Shown here one piece after another: positions 43,114 to 57,337 of a stretch of 64,000 nt of DNA. Origin of the DNA: Lytechinus pictus (taxonomy: Eukaryota); NCBI RefSeq assembly GCF_037042905.1, contig NC_087252.1, positions 1,428,001 to 1,492,000 on the forward strand. Direction: 5' to 3'. Made by a program: the position numbers and the translations under genes. The stretch's first letter is position 1. The number at the start of each line of letters is the position of its first letter. The notes below the pieces were generated by a model. It was not told where the DNA came from and searched no databases. It was given only the letters and a program-made list of their open reading frames with translations.

Positions 43114-44195
43114 TAAAGAAAGAAAATTCGGACAAACATAAGAGGTGATCTGTCATAGACAGACCACCTAATTAAGCTGAAAATCAAAACAAAAAAGTCT
43201 GAAATCAGATAAAAATCTGAACTCTCACACCCCTGGTACATTGTAGCCTAAAATGTATGCATGCAAATAGTAATTAGTACTACTACATGTAAATTGTATT
43301 TTCATTATTAACAATATTCCTGACCAATCGGTCACCTCATACAAATGACCCATATTTTAAAGGAGGTCAAAGTAATACCAAAAAGACTTCACAATACATG
43401 CACAATGTACATCGATGGCAATGCTAGGAAAACTGAGAATGGGCTTTCATAGATATCACTGACCCATAAAAGACACTTCTTGTTCCGAGAACAATGCTTC
43501 AATAGAAACGAAGTTTGAGCAAAACAAGGGTGAAATGGGATCTTACAGATACACATACATGTAGGCACTGCATATAGGTACATGTACATGTATGCCTGTG
43601 ACTACATGTATATAGGCGTACATGTACAGTGTATAATACTAGTGCAGTTAAGTATTGTGGAACTTCATGCGTAGGTCTAAATTTGAAGTTTGTGGGAATA
43701 AAAATCATTCTTTGGTTTCATATTCTTTAATGATTGTAAGAATATCACTAAAAAGGCGGGTCCACCATACATGTGCCTGTATGCAAAGGAATAGGCCTAC
43801 CCTGCTGTAAAATTAAAAATGCACTCACATTCAAAATTGTCTGAAACAGTCGGGTATACCATGTTATGCATTGTCCCATACACACACTTTAGTGTGCTTT
43901 ACAATTTACAACCAACGTGTTCGTATCACTTTGAGAAAGTTTCTACCACAATTCAAACTCACAGATAAAACTTCTTTCCCCGTTGGACACTGAGCATGTA
44001 CAAATACATCTATTCAGGCTGGGGTAGACCTACAGAAACTGCATATTATTTTTTTTTTTAATATATCATAAAAATTAACACAATTTGTATTTATGTCTCA
44101 CTAATTTTTATGATTCTACATACATGTACCACCATGAGCGTCATGCCTGACGGACCTGTGCGCTTTAGAAGAATCCAGCATTACTTTTATTATTA

Positions 44196-44729
44196 TAATC
44201 AAAATCGGATATAAAATAAAAAGTTATAGCAGTTTGAAGTTTCGCTTATTTTTCACAAAACAGTGATATGCACAACTCAGTGACAAATGGGTCAGTCGAT
44301 GATGTCCATCACTCACTATTTCTTTATTTTTATTGTTTGAATTATAGAATATTTCATTTTTTACAGATTTGACAATAATGACCAACTTGACTGAACCATA
44401 TACATGTAGTATTAAAAAATGCAAATTCCACATGTTCTGGGATGAATTAATCGTTGTTTCCCTTGACAATGCGGAGAAAATTACAATATTCCATATTTCA
44501 TATAATAAGATACAAAAGAAATAGTGAGTGAATAACGTCATCAGTCTCCTCATTTGCACACCAACCAGGATAAGCATATATAACTGTTTTGTGAAATTAA
44601 GTGAAACTTTAAAATGTCACAAATTTCTTATTTTACATCCGATTTTGATGAAATTTTCAGTGTTATGCTTGTTGGATTTTTCTCCTTTTATTCAAATCAA
44701 CTTTTTGCTGGGGTGAACTTGTCCTTTAA
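44196..44729. mobile_element. Kolobok-like element (left end truncated)
   Basis: Ends GTGAACTTGTCCT-TTAA; similar to 1-421 and to parts of 61362-61928. Confidence 0.6.
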
Positions 44730-45560
44730 AACTAATTTATTCTGATAAAGCATTAAATCAAAACTATGCCTTTTATTGTACTAAGAGGAGTCTGAATATA
44801 ATAGCCTAACCCTCCCTGCCAATTGCAGAGGCCAGGACAGACATATGACCTTGACCTGAAATGCCCTGGAATGCCATGACCTGATTTCCCCCCAGCCTGG
44901 CCAGACACACACAGCTCAGCCTAAGCGGGATTTGTTTACATTCTTAGCATGCCAATGTGTATCATCCTCCTGAAAACTTTTGTGTATACATACATGTATG
45001 CACTATCTATGCAGCTACACTTCACGCTTGATACACAAATACAAGAGATAGATGCTGTAAACACAACCAACATACACACACACACACAAACACACATACA
45101 TGTACTACACAGAGGTGCCAGTTGAAGATCTCTGGAGCACTTGAATACATGTAGTACTAGCATAATAAAAAGTTTAGAAAGTCACTTTCTGAATGTAATG
45201 TACAAAGGGCCAGGGCTACCAGTGTGTATGCTGTATTGATTTATCCTGCCCTTGGATTTCACTTTTAATACCACAGTATAGTCAACCTTCATAGATCTGA
45301 CAGTCAACATAAACAATAACTGCTAACTTTTTCTGGAGTATTCCAATTCTACCATCACAGCAATTTTCCCAGCACCTTTACAGCATCATACCGAGATCTT
45401 GAATTTGATATTCAAGTCAAAAGACCAGCAATGCATGAGAAATGTGACTCGTTGATTGTCAAGCAATGTGTTGACCAACCCACCCTATAAGGCCAACAAG
45501 TGTAAGACACTTGTGGTTCTATAGAATAATAATAATAACGCAGTTTTTGTATAGCGCATA

Positions 45561-47175
45561 CTGTACAAGCTATTATTTTCGTGTACAGAAATTTTCGCGA
45601 ATCGCGGGGGTCCCAACATTTTCGCGGGTTGTTAAATTCGCGATCGGAAGATGTGCAATACACTTCCGCAGCATTTCAAAGAACATAACTAGTGCAAATC
45701 ATGTACAAATCTGCACTACTCAAATTCTTCATGCTGATGTGTGTTTTGTACATAAATATGTCCCTGTAAAAACAGTTACAAACTGTGGGAAAAGGTGGCT
45801 TAAATTTCACTTTTTTACCTTAAGATCTGAAAATTCATCATGCCACAGTTTGATCTGTAATCCATAGGGTTAAGCAATCTTTAGAATTTGTGTTTTGTTC
45901 GATTCATTTTTTCAAAAAGTTGATAAAAGTGCAAAAATGTGGAATTTTGTGAACAGAATCTTCACCTATAAAAGCTCTGGTCATGTGACTTATGAACATT
46001 AATGAGCTGCCAATACGTGTGTTTAGAGTCAATCAGATGACAATAAAATCAAATTATTTCATGGAAAATACACTTTAACATTACAGTGAGTGAATAAATA
46101 TTGATAAAATAATGTTAGAAAATAGTTTAGGCTCTGATTTTGTTTCAGAAATTTAAAAAAGTGAAATTCTAGCTAACTTTCTGAATCACTAACTACTTTC
46201 TTAGCCTTATTTTTGTACATATAGAGGTGCATTTTGCCAATTTCTCACTACACAGGATGTTTTCAATAGCAAAGCTTTGCAGTTAGTAGGGACAGTGATT
46301 TTCCGCGATCGCGGAAAACGGACGGAATTCACGGAAAGGGCCATTTGAAACGGAAAGTGGCATTTCAAACGGAAAATCACGGAAAACGTATTTTCCCTCA
46401 AAATACACAGAATAGCAACAGAAATTACTCCAAAATCACAACAAAATGAGAATATTAAATGGCCAAAAACCCCCAGAAAACACGATCTCACTTCGCTACT
46501 ATCATGACAATTCACACATCGTGACTGCACTCGACATCAGCACACTCGATTGTACCCTGCAACGTACCCGTACCCAGCCGGCCGGGTTGGGCTTCACATG
46601 CACACATATCGTTCAACTGCATGTACACGGTCGTGTGTTGCTGCCCTCTACGTTTGAAGATGTAACAGCACGATATCGTGGTCTTAAAATCCAAGATGGC
46701 GGATTGGCAAAAGCCGTTGACTGATGATAACGATGTCCAAAAACCCCCCAAATTATCGATGAAATATCATTTCACCGTGAAATAATGCTAATAATATGAA
46801 AGGTGAGGATGTATACATGCAAAATGGGTGTGTAAAAATATTTTATGCACCCGCATAGATCCGATTAGAACGGATTTTATTGTGTTGTTGGTACAGTAGC
46901 AGATACTAATTTTGACCAGTGCGAGTGTGCATGTTGTGATTTTGCTAGTCAATGTGTAAACGGAATTGTCAGTTTTCCGTGTGTACAAAGTCTATGGGGA
47001 AACGGAATTTCCGTTTTCTGACATGCTGAAACGGAATTTGAGATTTTCTGAAACGGAAAAGGCAATTTTTTTAAACGGAAAATCACTGTCCCTAAGTTAG
47101 GGACATTGACTAAGATATTTTTGCGTGTTAAATTCACGGCCGATCAGCAATCCGCGAAAATAACAGCTTATACAG
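45561..47175. mobile_element. TA-flanked DNA element inserted in a SINE tail
   Basis: TA|CTGTACAAGCTATTATTTTCG ... CGAAAATAACAGCTTATACAG|TA; SINE tail continues on both sides (45525-45560, 47178-47440). Confidence 0.7.
46287..47094. mobile_element. hAT-like non-autonomous element
   Basis: 19-bp perfect TIR TAGGGACAGTGATTTTCCG; AGTTAG duplicated; many subterminal ACGGAA motifs. Confidence 0.8.
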
Positions 47176-48031
47176 TATCACATTATGTCATAACATCTCT
47201 ATGCGCTTCCAAAAGACTTGGATATTATTACCCTGGCTTAAGCCCCGCAGCCTTTTACAGTGTGGTGGCATTTCAAGGAATGAATTCCTGCCAGGTACAG
47301 GTACCCATTCATCTCACCTGGGTTGAGTGCAGCACAACGTGCATTAATTTCTTGCTGAAGAAAATTATGCCATGGCTGGGATTCGAACCCACGACCCTCT
47401 GTTTAAAGTTAGAAGACTAATCCACTGGGCCACGAAACTCCACAAGGACAATTTTGTTCATTCTGTTCGAGTAAATGTGTTTTTGGAGCAGTTTACTAGT
47501 TTAGTCGCAAAGTCGCAAAAATCAACCAAGGAACAATCAGACTCAGAACTGATCCACAGTGTGCTGCACTCAACCCAGGTGAGGTAAATGGGTACCGGTA
47601 GGAAGTAATTCCTTAAAAAGCTGTGTGCGCTATGAACGCCTAGCTTAGCCGGGTAATATAGGAGCGCCTTGAGCACCTAACAAGGTGGATATGTGCGCAA
47701 TATAAATACCCTATATTATTATTATTATTATTATTACATGATAAAGCTGGATGAGAATTCCAATATGAAAACATCTTGTGATTTTCAGTTTTAAGAATTC
47801 AATTTTTAAGATGCTAGGCATTCAAATCTTCTATTACACAATGTCAGTAAAATATGCTTCTTAAAAAACACTGCAGTACCGGTATTCATCAAGTTCATCC
47901 AATGGAATTTTTTAGAGTTTATGATTGCCTTCATACACATGGAGGCCCATTTGTGTGCTAGTAGGTTTCCCATTTACCGGTACTATTCAAACAGTACACT
48001 GTAGTATTCACTTTCATGTTGCTCTTCTTAT

Positions 48032-48540
48032 TTAAAGGGGAAGTTCACCCTGAAGAAAAGTCTGTTGGAATAATAGCAGAAAAAATAATAAAGAATATTG
48101 GAGAAGGTTTGAGAAAAATTAATTAGAATTGATTAGAAAGGTATTAGAATTCATGTTTTGGATTTGTGACGTCATAAACGAGCAGCAGCCCCATATGGTA
48201 TGTAAAATAAAACGGATAAATTCCAAATTTTTAATGGTAGTAATGACTTTTGTTTTTCTTTTAGGAATGGTTGTGAAATGACTTGTTTATTGATATACTG
48301 AAGGTACAGTAAAAACCATTCTCAATTTTCTGAGAAAATGACATTTGATTTCATTGATTTTTCTCCATAAGATATGGAGGAAATTTGCTCGCATATGTCA
48401 CAAACCAAATAATTAACAATTCTAATAGTTTTTTTTTTATTTCTCTACCGGATTTTTCTCAAACGTTCTGCAATATTTTTTAATTATTTTTTTTGCTATT
48501 CTTAAAATCAATTTTTTTGTCAGGGTGAACTTCCCCCTTT
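48032..48540. mobile_element. Kolobok-like MITE
   Basis: TTAA-AGGGGAAGTTCACCCTGA ... TCAGGGTGAACTTCCCC; related to ~1165-1630. Confidence 0.7.
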
Positions 48541-50347
48541 GAAGTAGAGTGTTTTCCTCTAGCAAGACGGGGCAATTTACAAGCACAATCACAGACATCA
48601 AGTCATTTGCTCAAGTGGCAAAAACCAATATCGTATCCAATACAGGGCTCAACGTGAATATGGGTTTTGGTCGAAGGAGGACAGTTGAAGTATTAAACAT
48701 CAAAATCATGCCACAAGCACAAGCAGGCATATATGTACTGTACAGTACAGTGTATCGGAGGATATTAGGGGTCATATTTTATCATAATCTATGGCAGGCT
48801 TGTTTTCCAGATGATACACATTTCCCTACATGTAGATTGCAAGCATGGAAAATATACATGTACAGGCAACACTTTGAACACCCCCCCCCCCCCCTTCAGT
48901 TCTGGCAGTCTGGCACATAAAAATGAAATTTCAGTTTTCAAAAGTGCAGGCCTACTCGTACACATACCGGGTATACATCCATACCATTCTGCTTTTATTA
49001 TGCTTTTGAGTTTTTATGATCTGAACTATTATTACGGTAAATGCACTTTTAAATCCTGAATTATGGATAGTAATGCATTATGACAGGGCAATCATATGAC
49101 CCTTGAGTAGAAACAATACACACACAGTATTATGCACTTTCTCCACTCCTTAATAGGGAAAATGCCTTAAAAAGATTTTCCAAATTACATGTACATGTAA
49201 ATTGCTAGGCTTACGATGTACATGTAGTATACATACATGTATTATAAATAAAACTTGAATGACAACATTTTTGTCATGTGATTTGTTTATGAATGACACA
49301 TGTATGAGACATATTGTAGCAACAGAACCCCATTGCATATTGTTTCATTTTATTTATAAAAAAAAAAGAACACCCTTGTACAGTTTTCAAAAACATAGCT
49401 CACTATCTTTAATAAAGAAAGAACAGATAGAATCAAAGTAAAGGCAACATTTCTGCCTGATCGACTGTGTAAAAAGGTCCCTGCACAACTTACGTTAGCG
49501 TTCATTAGCATCACAGGAAGGCGAAAAAATTACTCAAATATTTCTTGCATGGTATACCCAGGCAACAAATTATTGAAATGTCAAAGGGAGAAGTAGACAT
49601 GTGCTCGGCTTTCATTACGTTTTCACCACTGTCTTTTTTTTCCCTCGGTGTCTCCAACTCACCTCCCAGCGGCGTTTATTACTCTCAACTGCGTCAGCGA
49701 TGGAATACATGAATTACAGCATTAATCTAATTCTCAACCCATTCTCTTGCGGTTCTTCCACTCAATAGACCCAGGCTGTTACACGTGCGTACATGTACAT
49801 GTATGTTCATACACCAAATGGTGTTTGCACCAATACACAAATTACTTCTTCCATCTGAATTTCCTATGGCTTGCTATGTTATCCAAAATCATCTTTTTCC
49901 TATCACTTGTTTGCGCAAGATAGTATTGAATTTGAGACTTTTATAGTAAAAAAAAGAATATCGCAATAACTCAATTGACAATGTCACTCCTGATGCAACT
50001 CTACAGTATAAAGCATCATGATCATAATTTTAAATTAATGTTTCCTTTTTTTTTTTTACTTAATATAACAAATGCCCCCCCCCCCTCCCCTTCAATAAAT
50101 CTCTGTCCCCTTCAGTCCATTTCAGAGGAAATTTGTTGGGTGGTGTTAAACTTATTTTGTGATCGTTCATGGAAACATACAATACAAATAATATCTTTTA
50201 TCAAAGGTAAGAGATTAGTTAATAAATTGGGTCCAGAGTGTACTAGTATTTAATGAACTTATTATTCAAAGCTATTCACAATTATTTATGAAATCCTTTC
50301 ATCTCATTGGCTCAGATTATTATCTGTGAAAATCAGTATTTCTTTAA

Positions 50348-50933
50348 AGGAGAATGAAACTCTTGGAGCAAGTTAGCTTTTGTGAAAGCAGAAAAATCAA
50401 AGAATAAGATCAACAAAAGTTTGAGTAAAATAGGACTAGCAATAGAAGAGTTATGAGCATTTGAATGTCGAGATCACTAATGCTATGGAGATCCTCCTAT
50501 TGGCAATGCGACCAAGATCTATGATGTCACAGATGAACAACTCTCCCCTTTTGGACACTGAAAATATACCCCAAAACATCTCTTTTTGCTCATTCTAATC
50601 ATATGACAAACGATTCATCAATGATATAATGTTGTGAAACCTCTGTACTTGTCCTCTCATATAAAGAGAACACCTGACCTTGTGATAGACTCTATAAAAG
50701 TGAGAATATAAGTGAAATAAGTACTAAAGTAATGAGGGAGTTGTACGTGTGTGACATCACAGATCTTGGTCGCATTGCCAATGGGAAGATCTACATGGCA
50801 TTAGTGATCTCAATATTCAAATGCTCATAACTTTCTTATTATTCATTCAATCTTCCTCAAACTTTCAACAATATGTTTCTTTGATTTTTCTCTTTGATAT
50901 GGATTCAGCTGGTTTCAATGGTTTCATTCTCCT
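50348..50933. mobile_element. Kolobok-like MITE
   Basis: TTAA TSD, 13-bp TIR AGGAGAATGAAAC, ~85-bp internal inverted repeat (50449-50531 vs 50750-50833). Confidence 0.8.
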
Positions 50934-52652
50934 TTAAAATGCTTTCTAGAAATCTGAAATTCAGCTCCAATCCCATCCAGTACAAGAACAATGAGTAATA
51001 GTACTGTTCGGATGAACAATGAGTAATGGATGTGTTCGGATGAACTCATGGATAACTTAATCAGTCATTATGAGTAGAGGATCAACCTCCCTGGCCCAGA
51101 ATGTGTCAGCATTATCTCATTACCTACATGTACTATCAATTCATTGGCCATGTGTACATGTACATGTCAGGGCAGGTACGTGTACATATTACTGTACTTG
51201 TACATGTGTAGGATACTTCACATTTGAGTTGAGACTGTGGCCATGATCAGAGACTACACAATCTATACAGGCATAGACTCTGAGTCTCTGATTCAAACGC
51301 TGATCAACATGTGGGCCTTTACCCTTTACACAAGACTAGAATTTGCAGTTTCTTTTCAGAAGGGACCTTGCACAAGTCACTGCCAGGGACTTTAGGCTAC
51401 ATATTCAGACCACTTTTCATGTGAAGGGTTTGAATATCAAAATGAACAGAGACACGCATGGGGGCAATGACCTGTCCAAAATCAGCACTCCTGATCTACG
51501 TGTAGTCTGGAAAGTAATAGCACAACCTGAAATCAAAAGTACTATGCCTCTTTAATGAAAGCAATTTCAATTTCAAAGCTGACAATACAGTACTACACAT
51601 ATGCCTATACGTAAAACTACTACCAGCAATATTCCTGTATATAACCGTCAAACATAATGATTTATTAGAAACATTAAGATTTAATAATCTACTTTCACTT
51701 TTACAGTCCTTCCTGTGTATATATATACATGTCTTCATCCTTAAAAAAAAGTGATACCCTGTGTGTGAGGCAACAATAATTTGTCTGAGTCCATACTTTG
51801 TGTGCCTAAACCAGAACCCTCTATACATTTTAATAGTTCATAGTGTAGTTTGTTGCGCAAACAGTACTTCTACTGACACCTGGTTTACAACTTCAAAATA
51901 TTAATTTGAACACAGCCTATGTATGATGCAACAAGGCTTGCTTTCGAGGGTACCCAATGCTACTCCAACTCCATCTCTGACTCAACAATAGCTCCTTCCG
52001 GAGATCGTTTCCTTGGCGAGATCGCTCGTGGCGACACCTGCCGATAAAGGTCAAAGCCTGACAAGAGGCAATAGCGAGAATACCCAGCATGCACCTCTTC
52101 ATCATCATCACAGCTCCCAGCTCCGCTCATTGATTGTGTTGCTGTTGTTTTAATTTGTTATGATGCCTTGCGTACTGTATGTGGGACAACAGAGTTGTGC
52201 ACATTCATAATGCAGTTTGCCATTTATTATAACATGCACATTTTAGAGATTTGACCACATGTAAAGAGAAATGCCAGTTGTGGTAACAATCTCAAAATAT
52301 CAAAGGTCGAAGAGAATCCAATAACGTGTTGTTTTTGTATTTTTGATGGTTAAACAATAAAATTGAAATAAAGTGACCATCAAGTGTTTGATTATATAAA
52401 TGAATAAAAAATGTGCAGCAAATGGCTGGGGAAGAAATTGTGTACGGGTAGTTACTGCTCTCAAGGGAATGAGCAAAATAAGCACAGAATTTCATCAAAA
52501 GTCAGCGTTTTTTAATGTAATTAACACACTGTCCCACATACGCTTTTCTGCGTTAGTGATCACTGTTGCCAGTTTTTAGATAAGATTTTCATGATTTCAG
52601 AAAGATAAGTTTATGTTTAATGTACCAGACCTACACCTGTACATGTAGATTA

Positions 52653-53450
52653 CCTCAAGAGATGGTTCGTGTAGGCTCCACTACACGTCATGTTATCACT
52701 ACACTACGCTACACCTACCCGAACCATCATGCCAGGTAACTCGTTTTGACACTCCGAGTGACAAAGGTGTCACTTCGTGTTATAAAGTCATGCAACATGC
52801 ACCTTTTAATACAAATGATCAAAAACAAAATCTTCTTTATACATTTTGCCCTGTTTCAGTCCCTGTCCATGCTTCTATTAGTCTCAAAATTGGTGTTTTA
52901 AAGCCAGTGGCAATTTCCTCACACATATTAATAATATGCAACATTTACATGTATATAGCCCTTTATACAAATGTTTCTAAGCGCTGCATACTACAGTATT
53001 ACCCCAGCTTTAGCACGGCTATCCTGATTGGACGCTCGAGCATTCAAGGAATTCCATCCTACCGGGTACCCATTTACTACACCTGGGTGGAGAGTGGCAA
53101 ATGTAAATAAACGAATTGCCAAAGGATGCCAGTGCTGCAGCGGGATTTGAACCCCGGACCTTGTGGTTCAAAGTCCGGAGACTTATCCACTGATCCACAA
53201 CACTTCTACATGTATTACATGTACATGTAATTCATTGCCGATTCCAAAACATCGCAATCGCAAATTGTGCATGCACGGGGATCGCAGCTCAAGATCATGA
53301 ATATTCATGAGTATTCCTATAGATCAGATCGTTTCACTATTTGCATATTCATTAATCAGATCTCAAGCTATAGGAATACTCATGAATATTCATGAGCGTA
53401 GTGTAGCGGTAGTAAAGTGTAGTGGAGCCTACACGAGTCATCACTTGAGG
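52653..53450. mobile_element. TA-flanked element with ~33-bp TIR, containing a SINE and nested in a Kolobok-like copy
   Basis: CCTCAAGAGATGGTTCGTGTAGGCTCCACTACAC / GTGTAGTGGAGCCTACACGAGTCATCACTTGAGG. Confidence 0.7.
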
Positions 53451-53889
53451 TACATGTCGATGTACAGTATGATAATAGGGTGACAATCAACCTTGATTTT
53501 AAAGATTTTCTCATGAAATAATTATTTGCTACAACTGCACTCTTTTACCTTTAATGCTAGGAAAGCTTTTTACACCAAGGGGGCAACTTTTGCTGTACAC
53601 AGCTTTTACAAAACCCACCCTAAACAAGTTTTGACAATTTTGTCCCCTAAACAAGCACCGGTATAACCCGTTAAAAATTTACCTGTTTTACCCCACAACC
53701 ATACCTTTTGCCTGATTTTGTCCTTTTTGACACTCTATAAAAGTATAAAACCAACAGCAAAAAGTACCCTTTTTTACACGTTTTTTTGGCCGCGCGTGTG
53801 TACAGCAATATAGCTGAATATACAAAATTTAATGTCATGCTCATTTCATTTTTCTATATTCAGTATAAATTCAAATGAAATCAAATTTA

Positions 53890-54260
53890 TACCCCTTTCA
53901 TAAACCCAATTATGCGGCTAATAGCAGCATAATTTGGTCGTAAAATCGGAGGAGGACCAGCATTATTTTGATGCTGCAATTATCTGCATAATAGCGGCAT
54001 CGGGACCAGATTTTGACTTTATGAACGCATTTCCAAATAATGCGGATAATTGCCATGGTGCGGTCACAAGGTCACCCTTTTCCAACACAACCGCATCGGA
54101 GGGGGCGTGTGCAGTTGTCATGACGATTATCCGCCTTTTTCAGGACGGGCGCTCGTAAAAATAGTGCGGATTATTTTCGGAGTTTGTGAACGCAATTTTT
54201 ATTGAATTGTCCGCATTACTCTTAGGCGGCTAATTGGAGGATGGGTTTATGAAAGGGGTA
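53890..54260. mobile_element. Harbinger-like MITE
   Basis: Perfect 19-bp TIR TACCCCTTTCATAAACCCA with TTA/TAA flanks. Confidence 0.75.
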
Positions 54261-57095
54261 TAAGTAGAGCTGCCTCTGATCCGGACAATGGCTACATGTC
54301 CCATGCCAAATTATCTTAACTTTTGCTCTCCAGAAAATCTGAAAATACAGTCACTTATTGTCTTTATACATGGCTTCTTAGCTGGCCTCTTTTTTCATTT
54401 AGATTTTTTTAAGCATGTATTTCATTTACTCTATTCATACTTTCATGAATGTTTCAATTCTTTACTTGAGAAAATGATGAGTTTGTTGTATTTTGTTTGT
54501 TTTGATATAATTGAATCACCAATTTGCTATTAAAGCTCATTATTTTTGCTGATTTTTATTCATTAAAATAGATTTGTATTGTATTTTTTCTATTTATACG
54601 TTGAAAATGTACATGTATATGAAATAAACCAATAAATAAAACAAATTTACTTGTACAATATGTTTCTGTACAGCGCTGCCATTAAAGGTATTATTTAACT
54701 TTGTGAGCAGCCGATTAAAAAAATTCTCAAACCAAGATGAAACATGTGTACAAGTGCATGTATTAGAACTAATAAACCCTGAAACAACCATTATTGAGAA
54801 TGAAAAGCTAAAACTACAAGGCAAACCCCGATTTTGTAAATAGGCGTCTTATAGATGCCTAAATAGTACACATAAGTGTATGGGATGAAAATAAGAGGGT
54901 GTTTTCGGTCACTTTATATTTCAATTTTTGAAGCACTAAATAATTATTTTCGAACGCAATTTTTTCTGGGCTTCATTTTTGTAACATATCACAGACACAG
55001 GTGACAAGTGTGACCTTCTAGCTCAGATTTTTTAATAGTCAAACCAATGTTAACCAATCACTTTAAAGCATGTACATGTACATGCAAAATATTCAAGAGT
55101 GGGCCAAGATTGACAAAGCATGAACATGCATGACAGACTGCAACTGAGGGACCTCGGCTTTCCTGGATTCATTGGCTCGCTCATTACAAAGTCTGCAGTA
55201 CATTCCCAGGTGTTATGATCGACAATATGCCTGTTTTGACATTAATATCAGACAAACGACTACAAGTCCATTGTGTTTGGTAGATTTTCAGTTCATAACA
55301 AGGGCACTGAGGGAAAACATGGGTGCATTGTCAGTGTTTATTTGGCATGGGTAACATACTGGTTGGAAGCCAAGTGCAGGCTGTGCAGCAACAAAAAAGA
55401 GTGAGATGCTATAAAGGAACAGTGGATGACAAAATATTACACTGTAGTGACTGTACCAGACCGGACAATAACTTGCACTTCAAAGATTTGTTGGGGGGGG
55501 GGGTGAAAAATAGCTTCGATTTCAATACATGCACATGATGGACATCATACGTGGACATGGTAAATGGTGGTGATTTTTTACCCGACTGCAAAGCATTCAA
55601 TACTTGTATGTACATGTTAGCAAGCAACCAGGGGACCAACGGCTGAAGGTCCTCTCCGAGGGACCTGGTAATGAGGATCATTGCCTTACCAAAGTGCACT
55701 AGCGCACCGAGTGGGAATCGAACCCGAGTCACCAGAATCCAAAACCCCCGCTCTACTGACCCAGTGACTGAGCTATCGCGCCTCCTTAGGCCAAGTAAAA
55801 AAAGAAAGTAGTTGAACGTCCGGGTTTAATTTATTGTTAATAATTGTTCACTTAGGCCTCATATTTCAATATCTGTAGGTGTAGAATCTAGATCTAGGCC
55901 TACATGCACTATAAACTTTATTGTCCATCAAATTGAATTGCTTATAAAGGAAGGCTGAAGTTTATTAAATTTGAACAGAAATGGTACTTACAGGAATCCT
56001 TTTCATGGTTTTCAACGTCTTGATAATAAATAACTCACTTGAAAATACAATTTTTTTATTAACAATGCATTGCCACTGGATAGCTAATGCTACATGTATA
56101 ACTCGCCAGAAAATTATTCATTTCACATGTTGCGCTAGCATATCAATCACATCACCGCAACACACCCAACACAAGCACAATCACCGCAGCACACACCGAT
56201 CACATCAGCAGGCCATATCACTCACCAAAAATCCGCGCTAAAATACTAATTAGGTCCTTAAAATTGTGTTATCTGCACCATTTTTCCAAAGTACGAGAAG
56301 GATTAGTTCAGATTCAGGAAGAGGGGTCCATGAAATGCAAAAAAAATGAAGAAATCTTTGATTTTTTCAGAGTTTGCAAACTTTCTTTTCTCTCCAATTT
56401 AGGGTCGTTATCTTCAAAATTACCGATAAATAACCAAACCAGAATTTTTTCATTATCGCAGTTACGGCAATATATTGGACTTGGCAATGGTTAGGCAGTT
56501 GCGAGAGTAATCCCAGAGTAGATGGGAGCAAATTGCTTGCTAATCGTGTGTTATTTTTTTGCTTTTTAGCGGCAATAAAAATAGTAAATATCAAGAAAAT
56601 TGAAGCGGCAATCAAAAAGGGGTGCGAGCACGGATGAGAAACATCACTTTTTAATATTTTTTGCCAATGTTTCAAACTATTATGTAGAACTTTAAAAACA
56701 ATTACAACTAAAAGAAAAAGGAAGTGATTCTCATCATCCCCCCCCAAAAAAAAAAAAGAAGATGCATTGTACAAATCACTTACACAGTTGCCACATAACA
56801 GTTTTGAAAGTGGGGTGGGGGGCTCTTGGTTGAAACTGTGGAGGGGGGACTGACCATGCAAAAACCATAATCAGAGGGTCATTTTGACTTTGTATTATAA
56901 TAGGCCTAAAGTACAAGTAGGCTCCTTACAATAATTGAAATGAATTACATGTTGCATTGTATAATAATCATCTTGTTCTCACATACATGTGTAAGGAATA
57001 CCAAAAAACAGTGTATCGTACAATGGTACGTGTAGGCAAGGTGCTGGTAACTTCTTGGTATCAGCTACAGTACAAGTAGATCTAATACATGTATG

Positions 57096-57337
57096 CAGGG
57101 CTCGACATTAGCAGTGGCCCGGTGGCCCTGGGCAACCAAAAATGAGAGTCGGGCCACAAAATTCTGTAAAAGCCTGCAATTGCTGGCCCAGTTGGGCAAT
57201 CAAAGTTTTGATAAATTGCAATGTTTTCTATTGTTTTAGGGCCACCAAATTTGCTTTTCAGGCCACCAAGAATATGAAATTGATGATTTTGGTGGACCGA
57301 TTGGGCCACGAAGAAAAAAAGTTAGTGTGGAGCCTTG
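57096..57337. mobile_element. hAT-like MITE
   Basis: Imperfect TIR CAGGGCTCGACA; ATGTATG duplicated on flanks; subterminal GGCCAC/GGCCC motifs. Confidence 0.6.

Larger units (their letters stand above)
36430..43172 (-). mobile_element. Helentron/HINE-like element, outer copy (36430-39508 plus ~43114-43172)
   Basis: Minus-strand 3' CTAG preceded by hairpin TAATTCGTC-N5-GACGAATTA; subTIR TTAGGTGGTCTGTC / GACAGACCACCTAA; long (GATA/GACA)n tracts. Confidence 0.75.
36311..43235. mobile_element. hAT-like MITE split by a 6.7-kb nested insertion
   Basis: TIR CAGGGGTGTGAG / CTCACACCCCTG; perfect 8-bp TSD GTACATTG (36303-36310, 43236-43243). Confidence 0.88.

Noticed and set aside
51917..52111. 64-aa ORF with signal-peptide-like start (MKRCMLGILAIASCQA)
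   Set aside because: Short, starts in an (ATG)n repeat, no recognisable family or processing pattern; needs expression data
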